Shown here: in pieces, positions 42,040 to 57,539 of the stretch
How positions within the stretch are numbered: position 1 is the first letter of the stretch
Layout: each line of letters begins with the position of its first letter
The notes under the pieces: generated by a model
Seen by the model: only the letters and a program-made list of their open reading frames with translations
Database searches by the model: none
What the model was told of the DNA's origin: nothing
NCBI GenBank assembly: GCA_964016885.1
Contig: OZ024743.1
Location: 18,910,001 to 18,974,000, forward strand
DNA: 64,000 nt
Reading direction: 5' to 3'
Source: Eledone cirrhosa
Taxonomy: Eukaryota
Position numbers and translations under genes: made by a program

Positions 42040-44115
42040 GTCCCTCATTATCGCTGCCATGTCCTGCGTCTCCAACAGACCTTGTCTGTCCTTAGGGCAT
42101 CAACATACGTTAACCTTGGTCTTCCTTTTCCAGTGTGTCCATGTAGGGGCTCCCACAAAAGAACTGAGTGCAATGTCAACTCTGGATGTCGGTGAGCATG
42201 TCCAGCTAACCTCAGTCTCCTCTGTGTCACTTTTGAGGTGACTTTTGGGAGGCTCCCATACAGCTCTGAGTTTTCCATCCTCAGTGTATACTGATTAATG
42301 TTCAGAGCCATCCTCAGCATTCTCGTGTAGCACCCATCCACCATCTGAGTGAGTTTCTTCTTCAGTGTCCAAGTCTCAGACCTGTACAGCAGCACAGACT
42401 CCACTACAGCAATGAAGAGGCGGATGTTCAGCTCTTTACAAAGGTCCGACTTGCACACCGATCTCAAGCTGTGGCACGCCACCCAGGCTTTGCTCGTCCT
42501 CTCAACCACATCATCTTCCGTATTACCAATCTTTGCTTCCAAATACAGGAAATCCTCAACCAATTCTGGCGGCTCCCGCCTCCATTTGTGATCCACTCTG
42601 GCTTCTCAACATTCTTTACAAGATAGTTTGTTTTAGTCTCATTCATTCTCAGCCCCACACTAATCGACACAGTCTCAACCTCCTGCATCAAGTCCTCTAC
42701 CCCCTTCACTGTATTTGTCACCAACACTATGTCATCGGTAAATTCAGCATCTGATACCTTTTTCGCCTTAACTCTCCTACTGTGAGCCGGTGCTACAGTA
42801 AAGCCAGAGTCCTGGTGTTTCTCCAGTGCAAGGCGCATACAATAGTCCACTATGATTATGAAAAGGTAGGGAGCCAATGTATCTCCCTGGAGCACTCCAG
42901 CCAGTATCTCAAAGAACTCTGTCATCCCATCAGGTGTAATGACTTGGGCTTTGGTGTTAGTGTAGAGCAGTGATATCAGGTCCACTATCCTCTTAGGCAT
43001 TCCATAAGCCTGTAAGATCTTTATCAGGCAGTGACGGTCCACAGAATCAAAGGCCTTCCTAAAGTCAATGAAAACCATGACCGCAGGAAGGCACTTTGCT
43101 CTAGCTCCCTCTAATATCCTCCTCAGCATCAGGATGTGACTGGTGGTTGATCTACCCTCTCTGAAGCCGTTCTGGTTGTCCCTGAGCTTTTCTCCATCTC
43201 AGGCTGAATCCTGTTAAGAATCATCACGTTGAGGGTCTTTGCCACAAGTGACGTCAGTGAGATCCCCCTGTAGTTGTTGGTGTTAGAGATATCTCCCTTC
43301 TTTGGCACCGGGACGATGTTACTGATCCTCACTGATTCGGGGCAACTCCTTTCTCCAGTGCCTTGTTACAGAACCCCAAGATGATATCATTAAAATCACA
43401 CCTCTTCATCACCTCTAATGCCACTCCATCTTCTCCATGAGCCTTGCCCTCCTTGATCTTCTTCTTGGCTCCCTGAAGCTCCTCTCTGGTGAAGGGCTCT
43501 GTCTCAATATCCAGTTCCTCAAACAGCCGCCTGATCTCCCCCGTGCTCTGGGCTGTGGATGGTAGCTCTACTAGTAGGGTCCTAAAATGATCTAGCCATT
43601 TCCTCTTCCCATCCTCGGGCCACGTTCCCTGGATCTGACTCGAACACGTTCTCTTCCTCGCTGTGATCTCGTTGATGATCATCCAGCTCTCCTTACATCC
43701 AGATCTGTCAACCGCTCTCTCGACACTTCTGATCGTCTCTATCAGTGCCTCCTCTCTGGCCTCAGTATAAGCGGTACAGAGTTCTTCCCTCATCACCTCT
43801 ACAGTCTACATCCTCTCCTCTGTAGAATCAGCATAAAATTGGTCCTTGGCAGCTTTCAGGTGTCTCTGGCTGCACGCACTTTTATGTTTGTAGAGCTGAC
43901 GTGCTTACTTTTGTTCTTTTTTTCCTCGGCACCATGGTTTCACTTGCTTCCGCCACTGCATTGATGAAGTGCGCGTACCTCCTCGTCACACTCTCCTCAG
44001 TTCATCCAATCTCTCTCTCCTCTCTCTCTCCACACATAGCACTGAACCAGTTCCTCACTTCCACTGTGAGCCTCTCCTGTAGCTTATCATCTTCTTTGAA
44101 AGCTCCCCAGTCATA
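42040..44115 (-). mobile_element. RTE-clade LINE, 5'-truncated, RT domain with frameshifts
   Basis: VPVPKKGD...NYRGISLTS; FIDFRKAFDSV; GVLQGDTLAPYLF; EFTDDIVL; RRLRLAGHAHRH...GRPRLTYVD. Confidence 0.92.
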
Positions 44116-44120
44116 GAATG

Positions 44121-44190
<70 letters not shown>

Positions 44191-45259
44191 GTTTCTTTGT
44201 TTGTCTGTATATATGTATTTATGTATATGTGGGTTTGTTTTTTTATGATTAGTTATATGAATTGTGGAAGTGGGAACAACTAGTTATTACATATGTTTTA
44301 AAGAGATGTTTTCTAATGTTCACCTAACATAAGAACTCTGGATACTACTATGTTTTGAGGATTTCAGCTATAAAATAAATTGAGTAAATGAAAAGCTTAT
44401 TTGACGGAGGTAATATTGGCCCCTATGCCATTGATCGATATCTCCCCCCAAGTGGGTTGTATATATTTCCTAATTAAAAGAACGCGTACCTGTATGGAAC
44501 TGAACTTCAGTAATATGACTAACGTTAGAGTGATAATCACAATGTTCTAATCTTCTTCAACATGTTAAGCTTATACATCTCATAGCATCAAGCTTATCTT
44601 TCTTCCCAATTATCAACACAAGGATCAATATGATTTTACGAATTTTGTTTTTTTAAATCATCGCTATCATCTACATACATTAGTTTATGATTACTGTACT
44701 TTGTTATAAGATTTCTAAATATATTGTTGCAGGTGTAAATATATTTCTCATTGTATCCTTAGAAATCAAGTATTTCATTTTATATATTTCATATATTCGT
44801 AAGTGACATAACAGCCAATATAGATAGTTTATTTTGCACTGAAGGATGAGTATTTCTCTATTCATACAAGACCGCATCTACCGTTTCTGTATGATTAGCG
44901 ACAGTATTGAATAATATAATACATGTTCGTTTGCAAGACGCTTCTCAAGGAGGGGATACTCGTCAGATATTTAACCCGGAATATATAGAATCCATATAGG
45001 TAATTGTTCATTTTGTTTACTTGCATATCGTTTACCTTTGTGTACCTTGTTTGTATGTAACTAGATCTACGAATAAATAAATATAGGTTTATACAAAACA
45101 TGCAACCTTCATGCAGATGCACTACTCGAACATTTGACAGAAAATGGCATTATGTTCTTTTTATAAATCTCGAGTTTGTGTTTCTTTAAACACCTAATCA
45201 ATATCCTTTCACTTCCACAACTTTAAAGGCTAGAAACTACGCTGGAGAAGAATAGATAT

Positions 45260-45580
45260 CTAAATTATTGATTGCCAAATATATTGACCACATGGTTCTG
45301 GTTAAATAATTTGAACAAATACAAAAAATTGGAAACGATATATTAACTTGCAACGAAAGAAAAGACAACCAAAAAGCAGAACGGCTCTATTAGCACAATT
45401 GTCCTTAATAATACCACGGTGTTAGATATTTTTCTTTCAAATAATATCTAGTGAAATCCGTCTTCCATTGTTAAGATCAACAATTCTTTTTATTAAATCA
45501 CGTAGAATTCAAAGGCCCATGCATTGGTTGAATGTGTTTAAACAAAGATCTGTGAAGTACAAAAGGAACTTCTAAGAAGT
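45260..45580 (+). pseudogene. Possible very old PLE RT fragment
   Basis: KYIDHMVLV (YxDD-like) and NNTTVLDIFLS (FLD-like) only. Confidence 0.25.
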
Positions 45581-45924
45581 AATATAAGTACACGGAAATC
45601 AGGCAGATATATGTCACTATGGTAACTGATATAGCATATCACTCAGTAAAATATTTACCCATAAACGACTTCCATTTGTTAAATGAAGGATTGATATTGG
45701 CCATTGAGGAATGTAGTTTACATTATATGAAAGGAAATAGATGGCAAACAAACTAAGAAACGAATAGGTATGAAGAAACAAAAGAGATAAATGAAAATGC
45801 AAAACTATGCGAGAAAAGATTAGGGAGAAATTTGAGATATAACGAATGGATAGGAAGAAAGAATACAGACAAGAGTCAGTCAGACAAACATATCAACCAA
45901 CATAATATTTTTCTTTAATTTAAT

Positions 45925-45996
<72 letters not shown>

Positions 45997-46344
45997 TATA
46001 TATATATATATATATATATAGATATATATATATATATATAGATATATAGATAGATAGATAGATACATAAACATATGTGTAGACCCTTACTTAATAGATGT
46101 AATTAGTCCAACACTTGTGCACATTCACCTAAAAGGTATGTCGTTTAGCTACATACCACATTCTGCCACTGCATCTAATCGTGATTGGTCTTCATGTCAA
46201 CATTATGACCCGCAATACGGAATGTTCAAATAAAAAGGAAAAACAATTAATCTCCAGTTGCATTTTCGATTTCATCTTTTTTCTTTATACTTTCACTCGT
46301 GTAGGACACCTCGGTTATTTTTCATTTTATAAAGAAAACCTCAC

Positions 46345-46434
<90 letters not shown>

Positions 46435-46490
46435 GTATGTATATATCTGTGTGTTTGCTTGTGTGTGTGAGTGTTTATATATATATATAT

Positions 46491-47180
46491 GTTTGTTATA
46501 GATCTGGTTCATCTGAATCATTGAGCACTTGCCACACATCTCGGAAGTTGTTTTTCGTTATTTCGTGGGACGAAATGCGAATCTCGATAATTTATGTTTG
46601 TATTTATCTCCAGACTCTAGCTATTGACCAGTTAATTTTCTTGATTTTTTTAGTTGATTCTATTGACTGATGAATAGCATATGTTAATTTTAACCCCTCT
46701 GTTGAGAACTCTATTCGATTTGTGATGTTTTTGCATTCTTGCAAAAATATACACAACTGAATTTATTCACCTGATATAGGGGCTGCCTCCCTTGCCGATC
46801 ACCACGTGGAGTCAGCAATAGCCAGTTCTTGTATTAACATTTAACTAAAACCTGTTGAGAAAGTGGCTTCCTTGTTCAATCATCTTATCAGAAGCCTGAC
46901 ATTATTTATGTAAGCGGACGGTACTTGATTTGGGAGCCGCAGAAACGCAAATACTGGATTTTACCAACCTTCCAGGGGTCCGAGTAAACTTTCAATACCC
47001 GAATTACTTGATCGTTTTTTTGGCTATGCGAATGATTGTTTAACCATCGTCTCAGTATGTTTGGCCTTTAACGTTTGTTATAGCTCTGGTTCATCTGAAT
47101 CATTGAGCACTTGACACATATCTCGGAGGTTGTTTTTCGTTATTTCGTGGGCCGAAATGCGAATCTCGTTAATTTATGTT

Positions 47181-47185
<5 letters not shown>
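46491..47185. repeat. Partial tandem repeat: 113-bp direct repeats, period 582, bounded by (TA)n
   Basis: 46491-46603 is repeated at 47073-47185. Confidence 0.85.
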
Positions 47186-47261
<76 letters not shown>

Positions 47262-47267
<6 letters not shown>

Positions 47268-48438
47268 AAAAAGGGATGAAATCGAAAATGCAACTGAAGT
47301 CTTATTTTTTTTTAAAATATATATATTTATTTGGTTCCTTTACCGGTTTCGCAGTTCTTCTGCTTTTCAAAAGGTGAGTTGAGATGGAGGGTCTGTGGTT
47401 TTTCTCACATCTGGTTGGTCTCTAAATGTTACTTGTTTTATATGGAAAATGTGGCTCGAAAACCAGGTTTTTCGAGAAGTAATTTGATTGGTTTGTCAAT
47501 AATTATAATAAATTTCGCGCCAGTTCGCGTTACAATAGTTCTTCAAATAAGAGAGGGGGGGGGTTGTCAATAGGCATTGATGAATTACGGAAACAGAAAC
47601 AAATTCAAGGTACGTCCAATATTCTATCATATATCTCAACACACAACCCAAGAAATGCGGAAGCTTACAACACTATTCACAATAACATCCCACTACTAAA
47701 ACAAAACCCAAAAATGAAAAAAGCCCTTGAAACACACAAAATAATCAAAAGCAAAAGACAACCAAAATCACTGAAAACATTACTCACCAATGCCAAATTA
47801 CCTACCACAAACCCACAACCAAGTATCAAAAAATGTGGTCGCTCTAATTGTGGAACCTGCACTCACCTCATTGAAGGCAACACGTATACATTTAAATCAG
47901 GACAAAATTTTACTGTAAAAAATCACTTCACTTGCTCATCAAAAAATCTACTTTATGCCATTAAATGTAAAGGATGCAATGAAGATTATATAGGACAAAC
48001 TAAACTCACACTCAGAAACAGAATGACAGTTCATCGCCAACAATTACGAGATCAAACCACGAGACAGATACCACTAAGTGCACATCTAGACATTTGCGCA
48101 AGTAATAAGACACCCAAATTCCAAGTCTTCCCATTTTACCTTTGCGCTAACAATACAACAGAACAAATGCGAATAAATAAGGAAAATATGTTTATTCAAA
48201 AATATAGACCAACATTAAATAAGGTTTAATATACATTATGTCAACACCACAATATGACATACACACACACACATAACACCTTCTACTTTAGAAAATAAAA
48301 ACCCGAACTAAATAAACCTTAAACATACGTTTGCACTGGCAATACAACAGCAAACACGAACAAGTCAGGAAAATATGTTCATTCAAAAATATTCCTACTA
48401 AAGGAATAATTTTCCTACACACACACATACACACACAC

Positions 48439-48469
<31 letters not shown>

Positions 48470-48723
48470 TCTCTTCATCTTAACATGCTAACCATACTCC
48501 CACACACATAACACCCATACACACACATAACAACCCCCACACCTACAACACCCTCCCCATTTCTACTAATAGAACCACTTTCCTACACACATATATATAT
48601 ACACACACAAAATATATATTCTCTCTATCTAACATACTCGCACACACACACATAACACCCATATACACACACACAACTCCCTCCCCCATCTCTACTAATA
48701 GAATCATCTTCCAATACACACAT

Positions 48724-48760
<37 letters not shown>

Positions 48761-49449
48761 AGCACACAAATAAACACATATCTTCAGTCTCAATAGAAAA
48801 TCTGAACTCTGACACCTGAACTCTGACAGCTGGCCATATTCACTGAACCAGAACATTTCTCCCAATCCCTTTTCCCTTGACCACTATCTCTCCATTGTCA
48901 TAACATTCACTATAAAGACTACAGAATAGTTTTCCAAATAAGGGCGCAAAAATGTAATGAAAACTTGTTCACGTGACAGCCAAATTTCATTTATAACCAA
49001 CCAAAAAAGAGCCTTCGTGAGCCTCATTTTTTCAAGTAAAAAGAAATTCAAACACTCATATATGAAAAAACAACCTGTGACAACCCCCCCCCTCTCTTAT
49101 TTGAAGAACTATTGTAACGCGTACTAGCGCGAAATTTATTATAATTATTGACAAACCAATCAAATTACTTCTCGAAAAACCTGGTTTTCGAGCCACTTTT
49201 TCCATAGAAAACAAGTAACATTTAGAGACCAACCAGATGTGAAAAAAACCACAGACCCTCCATTTCAACTCACCTTTTGAAAAGCAGAAGAACTGCGAAA
49301 CCGGTAAAGGAACCAAATAAATATATATATTTAAAAAAAAAAATAAGACTTCAGTTGCATTTTCGATTTCATCCCTTTTTCTTTATACTTCCACTCGTGT
49401 AGGACACCTCGGTTATTTTTCATTTTGTAAAAAAAACCTCACTTTCTAA
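47262..49449 (+). mobile_element. 5'-truncated PLE (GIY-YIG half, Neptune-like, tentative) with an inverted pseudo-LTR piece at the 5' end
   Basis: ORF 47570-48229: STHNPRN, KKCGRSNCGTC, SKNLLYAIKCKGCNEDYIGQT...RNRMTVH...ENMFIQKYRPTLN. 47262-47568 is the reverse complement of about 49079-49388. Confidence 0.9.
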
Positions 49450-49480
49450 TATATATATATATATATATATACATATATCC

Positions 49481-50378
<898 letters not shown>

Positions 50379-50400
50379 TATATATATATATATATATATA

Positions 50401-51533
50401 TTTAATACAATAACAGAGATAGTTTAAAGCTAAATTCTGACTGGTAACCATCTCACTCAACAAACATTAGGTTATATTAAAATATAGACCCAATTTAAGT
50501 GTTCGGGGTGCTAACAATATGTATAATGTGGAGAAACCAGTTGTATTATTTTATGAGATATAATTAAAGTTAAAGTATATCTCTCTTTCCAAACAATTGT
50601 TTCATTATAAGTTTTCTACAAGTTTGGGAGAATGTTTTCAGTTTATGTAGAAGCCTAATATATATTCATGTAAGAATATATTTAGGTGGGCACTTATAAA
50701 TCATCAGTGGAAGCCCATTAAACATTGATATAAGAAAACAATTTCTTACCGCTGTCAAAATCATGTCCGTAAAGTTGGTCTCTCTCACCTCGAATGACCG
50801 CCAAATTTGAAATTCCAGCAGTTTTTGACTGAGGAAGTATCATAGCGACACGAAGCGGGAAGGGGAGACAACCCACGAAATGAGGAAAAAAAAATAATAT
50901 ACACGCGGGTTAATTAGTTTTTTTGAAAACATTATCAATCCAACGTGTTTAAGAACTCAATTGAAAATAAAAAAATAAATATATGCTTGTATAAATTACA
51001 CACGCATATAGATATTTTCTTTGGCTAAATCAGAAGTTGTACCCGAATAAGAACCGCTTCTCATAACCGCAGTAAATGCAGAAATTCATGCTATAAAGGG
51101 CAAATGGGAATATAATTCTCCGGCCGAATTATTAAGAGTAAAATATAAAACACACGCGGGTTAATTAGTTATTTCAAAACCAATATTTATTCCTCGTGTA
51201 AAGAACTCAATTAATAAAAGAAAATAAATACATATATGCATGTAATTATATACGTAGGCATATATATATATTTTCCTAGGCTAAAAAACAGACAAGTTAC
51301 AACCAAAAAAAGCCACAATATTTCACAACAATAATAAATACGGAACGTCAAATTCATAAGGTACCTGGAAATAAACACCTCTGGCCATTCAAGAGTAAAT
51401 ATTTAATACAATAACAGAGATAGTTTAAAGCTAAACTCTGACTGGTAACCATCTCACTCAACAAACATTAGGTTATATTAAAATATAGACCCAATTTAAG
51501 TGTTCGTGGTGCTAACAATATGTATAATGTGGA
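50401..51533 (-). mobile_element. ORF-less ~1001-bp unit with a 132-bp terminal redundancy, carrying a large HHR
   Basis: 50401-50532 is repeated at 51402-51533; internal sub-repeat acacgcgggttaattagtt at about 50901 and 51152; (TA)n on both sides. Confidence 0.75.
50587..50712 (-). ncRNA. Type I HHR with a ~80-nt branched insertion capping helix II
   Basis: ttcca CTGATGA t ttataagt [two hairpins] acttataa t GAAA caattg TT tggaa. Confidence 0.8.
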
Positions 51534-52084
51534 AATATATATATATATTATCGAAATTAAATGGCGAGCTGTGTCATTGCAATTAAATATATTGAAAAAA
51601 AAAAGTTACGGGCGAAAGAGAAAAATATCCATCGTCAGTTGTCTGCTAGGAATCATAGGTATTTCTTCGCGTTAGAGACAAGATACCTCACCTAGGGAGA
51701 ACAATAACTAAAATAAGTTATTGGGATAAAAAAAAGGGTAGGGAGAAAAACATGTAAACAGGCACGAAGCAATGTAGAGAGAGGAAAATTAGGAAAAATA
51801 TCAGGTCAACAACTCATTTCGAACGTGAGAATTGGTGAGTTTGACGATAGAGAAAAAGACACGTCTTTACTGTAGCAGTGTTAACGAGAGAAGAAGCTGG
51901 GTACAGTGGCAGCTGAGGGAGAAAGTGAACTAGCGGATAGAGGATGACTAGCAGAGAGGGAGGGAGCTAAAGTAAGAGGAAGCGAGTATGAGATAGTGAT
52001 AATGGCAAGCTGGCCGAGAGAAGGTGACTAGCAGAGGGGGTGAGCGAAAGTTAAAGGGAGGAGGAGCGAGATGGGGAAGAGAGA

Positions 52085-52121
<37 letters not shown>

Positions 52122-52163
52122 TATATATATATATATATATATATTAGAATATATATATATATT

Positions 52164-52224
52164 TACATGTAAGTATGTATGTATACGTACATACATATAT
52201 GTATACAGACGTACAGTAGCATGC

Positions 52225-52255
<31 letters not shown>

Positions 52256-52681
52256 CAGGTACACATATACATATGTACGTATCAGTTTAGCGAACGTTTA
52301 TTATAACGCCCAATTTGTCCGTTTGTAAACAAGCGAACAGCCTGATTTATGCCATACGGTGTTAAGGCAACCACGTCACCTTTTTGTTCAACACTGACAC
52401 AGGAACGATGTACTAATTTCAAGCTTGTTACTATCATCAGCACCGTATACCCTTCTGCCGGATAGTTGAACGTTCGAAAGTATATACTTTCCTTATGAAA
52501 ATGAACGGCTGAGCAGCCTAATTTGCATATCGAGTGATTTCAGTCGGCCAGGCGTACCAAAAACGACAAATTGTAATATAATGAAACGAAATTTCATTTC
52601 TCGATCTTAGTACGGCACTTACTTAAATGTAAGTATGTATGTATACGTACATACATATATGTATACAGACGTACAGTAGCA

Positions 52682-52719
<38 letters not shown>

Positions 52720-52971
52720 TACAGGTACACATATACATATGTACGTATCAGTTTAGCGAACGTTTATTATAACGTCTGCTTTGTCCGTTTGTAAACAAGC
52801 GAACAGCCTGATTTATACCATACGGTGTTACAGTGTTGAACAAAAAGGTGACGTGGTTGCCTTAACACCGTATGGTATAAATCGGGCTGTTCGCTTGTTC
52901 ACAAACTGACAAAGCGGGCGTTATAATAAACGTTCGCTAAACTGATAAATACATATGTATATGTGTACCTG

Positions 52972-53035
<64 letters not shown>

Positions 53036-53143
53036 CTACTGTACGTCTGTATACATATATGTATGTACGTATACATACATATCTACATTTAAGTAAGTGC
53101 CGTACTAAGAGTAAGAAATGAAATTTCGTTTCATTATCTTACA
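52164..53143. mobile_element. ORF-less HHR repeat (~460-bp unit, partial tandem) plus an inverted copy
   Basis: 52164-52623 is partly repeated at 52624-52830; 52831-53143 is inverted. HHR at 52405-52446 (-): acggtg CTGATGA tagt-aacaa-gctt GAAA ttag TA catcgt. Confidence 0.8.
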
Positions 53144-53173
53144 ACTTATATATATGTATATATATATATATAA

Positions 53174-53241
<68 letters not shown>

Positions 53242-53244
53242 ATT

Positions 53245-53276
<32 letters not shown>

Positions 53277-53280
53277 CATA

Positions 53281-53412
<132 letters not shown>

Positions 53413-53424
53413 TATATATATATT

Positions 53425-53489
<65 letters not shown>

Positions 53490-53622
53490 ATATATACATA
53501 TATACATATGACTCCAGTTCCCCAGTGAATTAACAACCCAACAAGGAACTGGGCATATCAGAGTATTGACAATATCATACACCTAAACAACATATGTACT
53601 TGTCTATACCATACTAATTCAA

Positions 53623-53677
53623 ACTGCCTGAAGAGGTCACAGCCAAAGATGGCTGTCACTGAAATATATATAGCAGT
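53623..53677 (+). ncRNA. Intact type I HHR immediately followed by AATAAA
   Basis: actgc CTGAAGA ggtcacagcc-aaagat-ggctgtcact GAAA tatata TA gcagt AATAAA. Confidence 0.88.
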
Positions 53678-53721
53678 AATAAACGAAGCTAAATTTTAAT
53701 CATTTGACTTTTATTTAACTT

Positions 53722-53759
<38 letters not shown>

Positions 53760-53900
53760 ATAATTTAGGAGGTTCATGCCGCCAATAAAGACACACATAC
53801 CTGTTAGTTTTCAATTCAATTTATTATAACTCCAGTCCCTCCTTTGGTTCAATAATCGGAGGTAGGTGATTTATATTATTGTCAAACCTCTCTCTCTCTT

Positions 53901-54038
<138 letters not shown>

Positions 54039-54039
54039 A

Positions 54040-55263
<1,224 letters not shown>

Positions 55264-55355
55264 TATATACAATATATATATATATTATATATACAATATA
55301 TATATACAATATACATATATACAATATATATATATACAATCTATATATATATACA

Positions 55356-55410
<55 letters not shown>

Positions 55411-56524
55411 CATACATATAAGAGGAAATTAAAAGATGGTTAAAAAAGGTTCCATGTATTTTATTATGCGCATTCCAAAAACAAATATCATCCTGTGGCG
55501 ATATTTGCGTACTCATCAGGTATAATAGGGATACATGATATGCAGCTTAAAAAAAAACACTTGGAGCAAGTTAGTGTCTAATCAACATATATTGATTAGA
55601 CACTAATAAACATATATTGGTTCGACACTACCTTGCTCACTACCTGGATTAGACCCTACCATGCTCACCCCTAGCTCGCGAAGTAAGCAGCCGTCATAAG
55701 GCTTTTGGCGATATGTATCTACAAGTGGGTGTGACTGGGTCGCTGGAGGTGGGGGAGACAGTGTGTGTGTATATATACTATTATGTATGTATGTGGGTGT
55801 GGGGGTGTCTACGCATTGGGACGTACGTGTGTGTATGCATAAATATGTATGTATATATACTATTATGTATGTATGTGGGTGTGGGGGTGTCTGCGCATTG
55901 GGACGTACGTGTGTGTATGCATAAATATGTATGTGTCTGCATGTGTGTGTGTTTATGTGTTTATATTAGTATGTGTGGGTGCTTACTCTGAACTGTGAGC
56001 AGACATGTGAAATACTGAACCTAGCATGACTCCATCGAAATGTGTCGGACGGAAAATGGCTGATGACCCGTGTGGCAGCAGATAATGATCAGAACCTATA
56101 ATGACGTGGAGTAAAAAGAGCCAATGGCATGACAAGAGTGTAAGTAGGGTTTTTTTAGGATGTTTTTGATGATATCACTCCAGTGATAAAATTTGCAACA
56201 CCCATGTCTGAAAGAACACTCATAATTAGAATCAGCCAGATCCATACAAGGGTGATGTCTCGAGCTACCTGCCGGCGAAACAATTGTAACACGCAATGAA
56301 TTAAATCCAGATGCATCACTGTTTTTTCGTTTTCTTTATACTATATATATATATATATATATATTCAACGACTACTACCACCAAACCATCAAGGAGGAGT
56401 GAGAGAGAGAAAGAGGTAAAAAAAAATGTTAACTTTTTTATATACACGTAAATTATGTTCTCTAATACCCTTTTCTAATTATATGAACCTTAATTATATT
56501 ATATACTTTTTATCATATTTCCTA

Positions 56525-56556
56525 TAGTCTGAAGAATCTGAAATAATTATCGGCTG
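56525..56556 (+). ncRNA. Decayed ultra-minimal HHR
   Basis: tagt CTGAAGA atct GAAA taatta TC ggctg; helix I is out of register by one base. Confidence 0.4.
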
Positions 56557-56765
56557 CAACCGGTACGATAAGTAACTTTAAAAAAAGAGTTCTGCTGTTA
56601 TTTAATGAGAGAATCCCATTAACATTTTCTTCTTATTTTCCTAATATATATATCAACTCTGTGTTACTTCTCAGTGTTCTCAATATGGATATATATATAT
56701 ATATATATATCCACGGGGTGTAACTTGGAATTAGCAGGTATTTAATTTTTGTATAGCATGTTAAA

Positions 56766-56852
56766 GGGTCCGTCGAGCTGCCGATCAGTGAGTCGGGTAG
56801 GATCGATACAGATCGAACCTTGAGCTGATCAGTGGCGAAACTCACGTCACCT
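56766..56852 (+). ncRNA. HHR-like fold with long helix II and a mutated core, followed by AATAAA
   Basis: gggt CCGTCGA gctgccgatcagt...agg-a-tcgat-acag-atcga-a-cct...gctgatcagtggc GAAAC tcac GTC acct acc AATAAA. Confidence 0.55.
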
Positions 56853-56899
56853 ACCAATAAATGTAATGAAGGAGTAACAAATCGTTCTTGTTATCCTCT

Positions 56900-56933
<34 letters not shown>

Positions 56934-56934
56934 G

Positions 56935-56987
<53 letters not shown>

Positions 56988-56999
56988 TTAATATAGAAG

Positions 57000-57050
57000 A
57001 GATTCTACAGGACTAGAACTGTTTCATTCATTAGAAATCATCAGGAATCT
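57000..57050 (-). ncRNA. Type I HHR (inverted copy)
   Basis: Reverse complement of 61709-61759. Confidence 0.82.
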
Positions 57051-57501
57051 GGGTATCAAAAAATAAATATGGTATTTATAGGTCTCTACAAGTGGTAGGA
57101 GAGGGTGGGGAGTGGGATGGGTGCAGGTCATTGGTTGATAGAGAAGGGAATTCATTAAAGGCTAATTCTACATAGCTATAGTTAAATTATATTTATTTAT
57201 GTTTTTAGAGTAACAAAGGCAGACAGAAATCTATAAACAAGTTCCGGATGGCATACCATTCCTTGTCAATAAGTTTCTCTTAAGCTAGCAGATGTCTATA
57301 AAATCAGTGGGGGGTCATTCATGCTCGATAGAATTAAAGGAAAGGGAGATTCTTTAAAAGCTAAAGTCATTAAGTTCTGCTAAGTGACAAAGGTCTAGGG
57401 AATTCTGCAGACAGATTCAAAATACTGAGTGCATATCTTACTATTATCTTCGAACTTCTCTTAAACTAATCAACAATATGCCAAATCAACAGACACATTC
57501 A

Positions 57502-57537
<36 letters not shown>

Positions 57538-57539
<2 letters not shown>

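Noticed and set aside
56055-56295. CTGATGA (56060) and a distant GAAACAATTGTA (56277) as a very large HHR
   Set aside because: The helix I strands do not pair; it cannot be supported without a family consensus.
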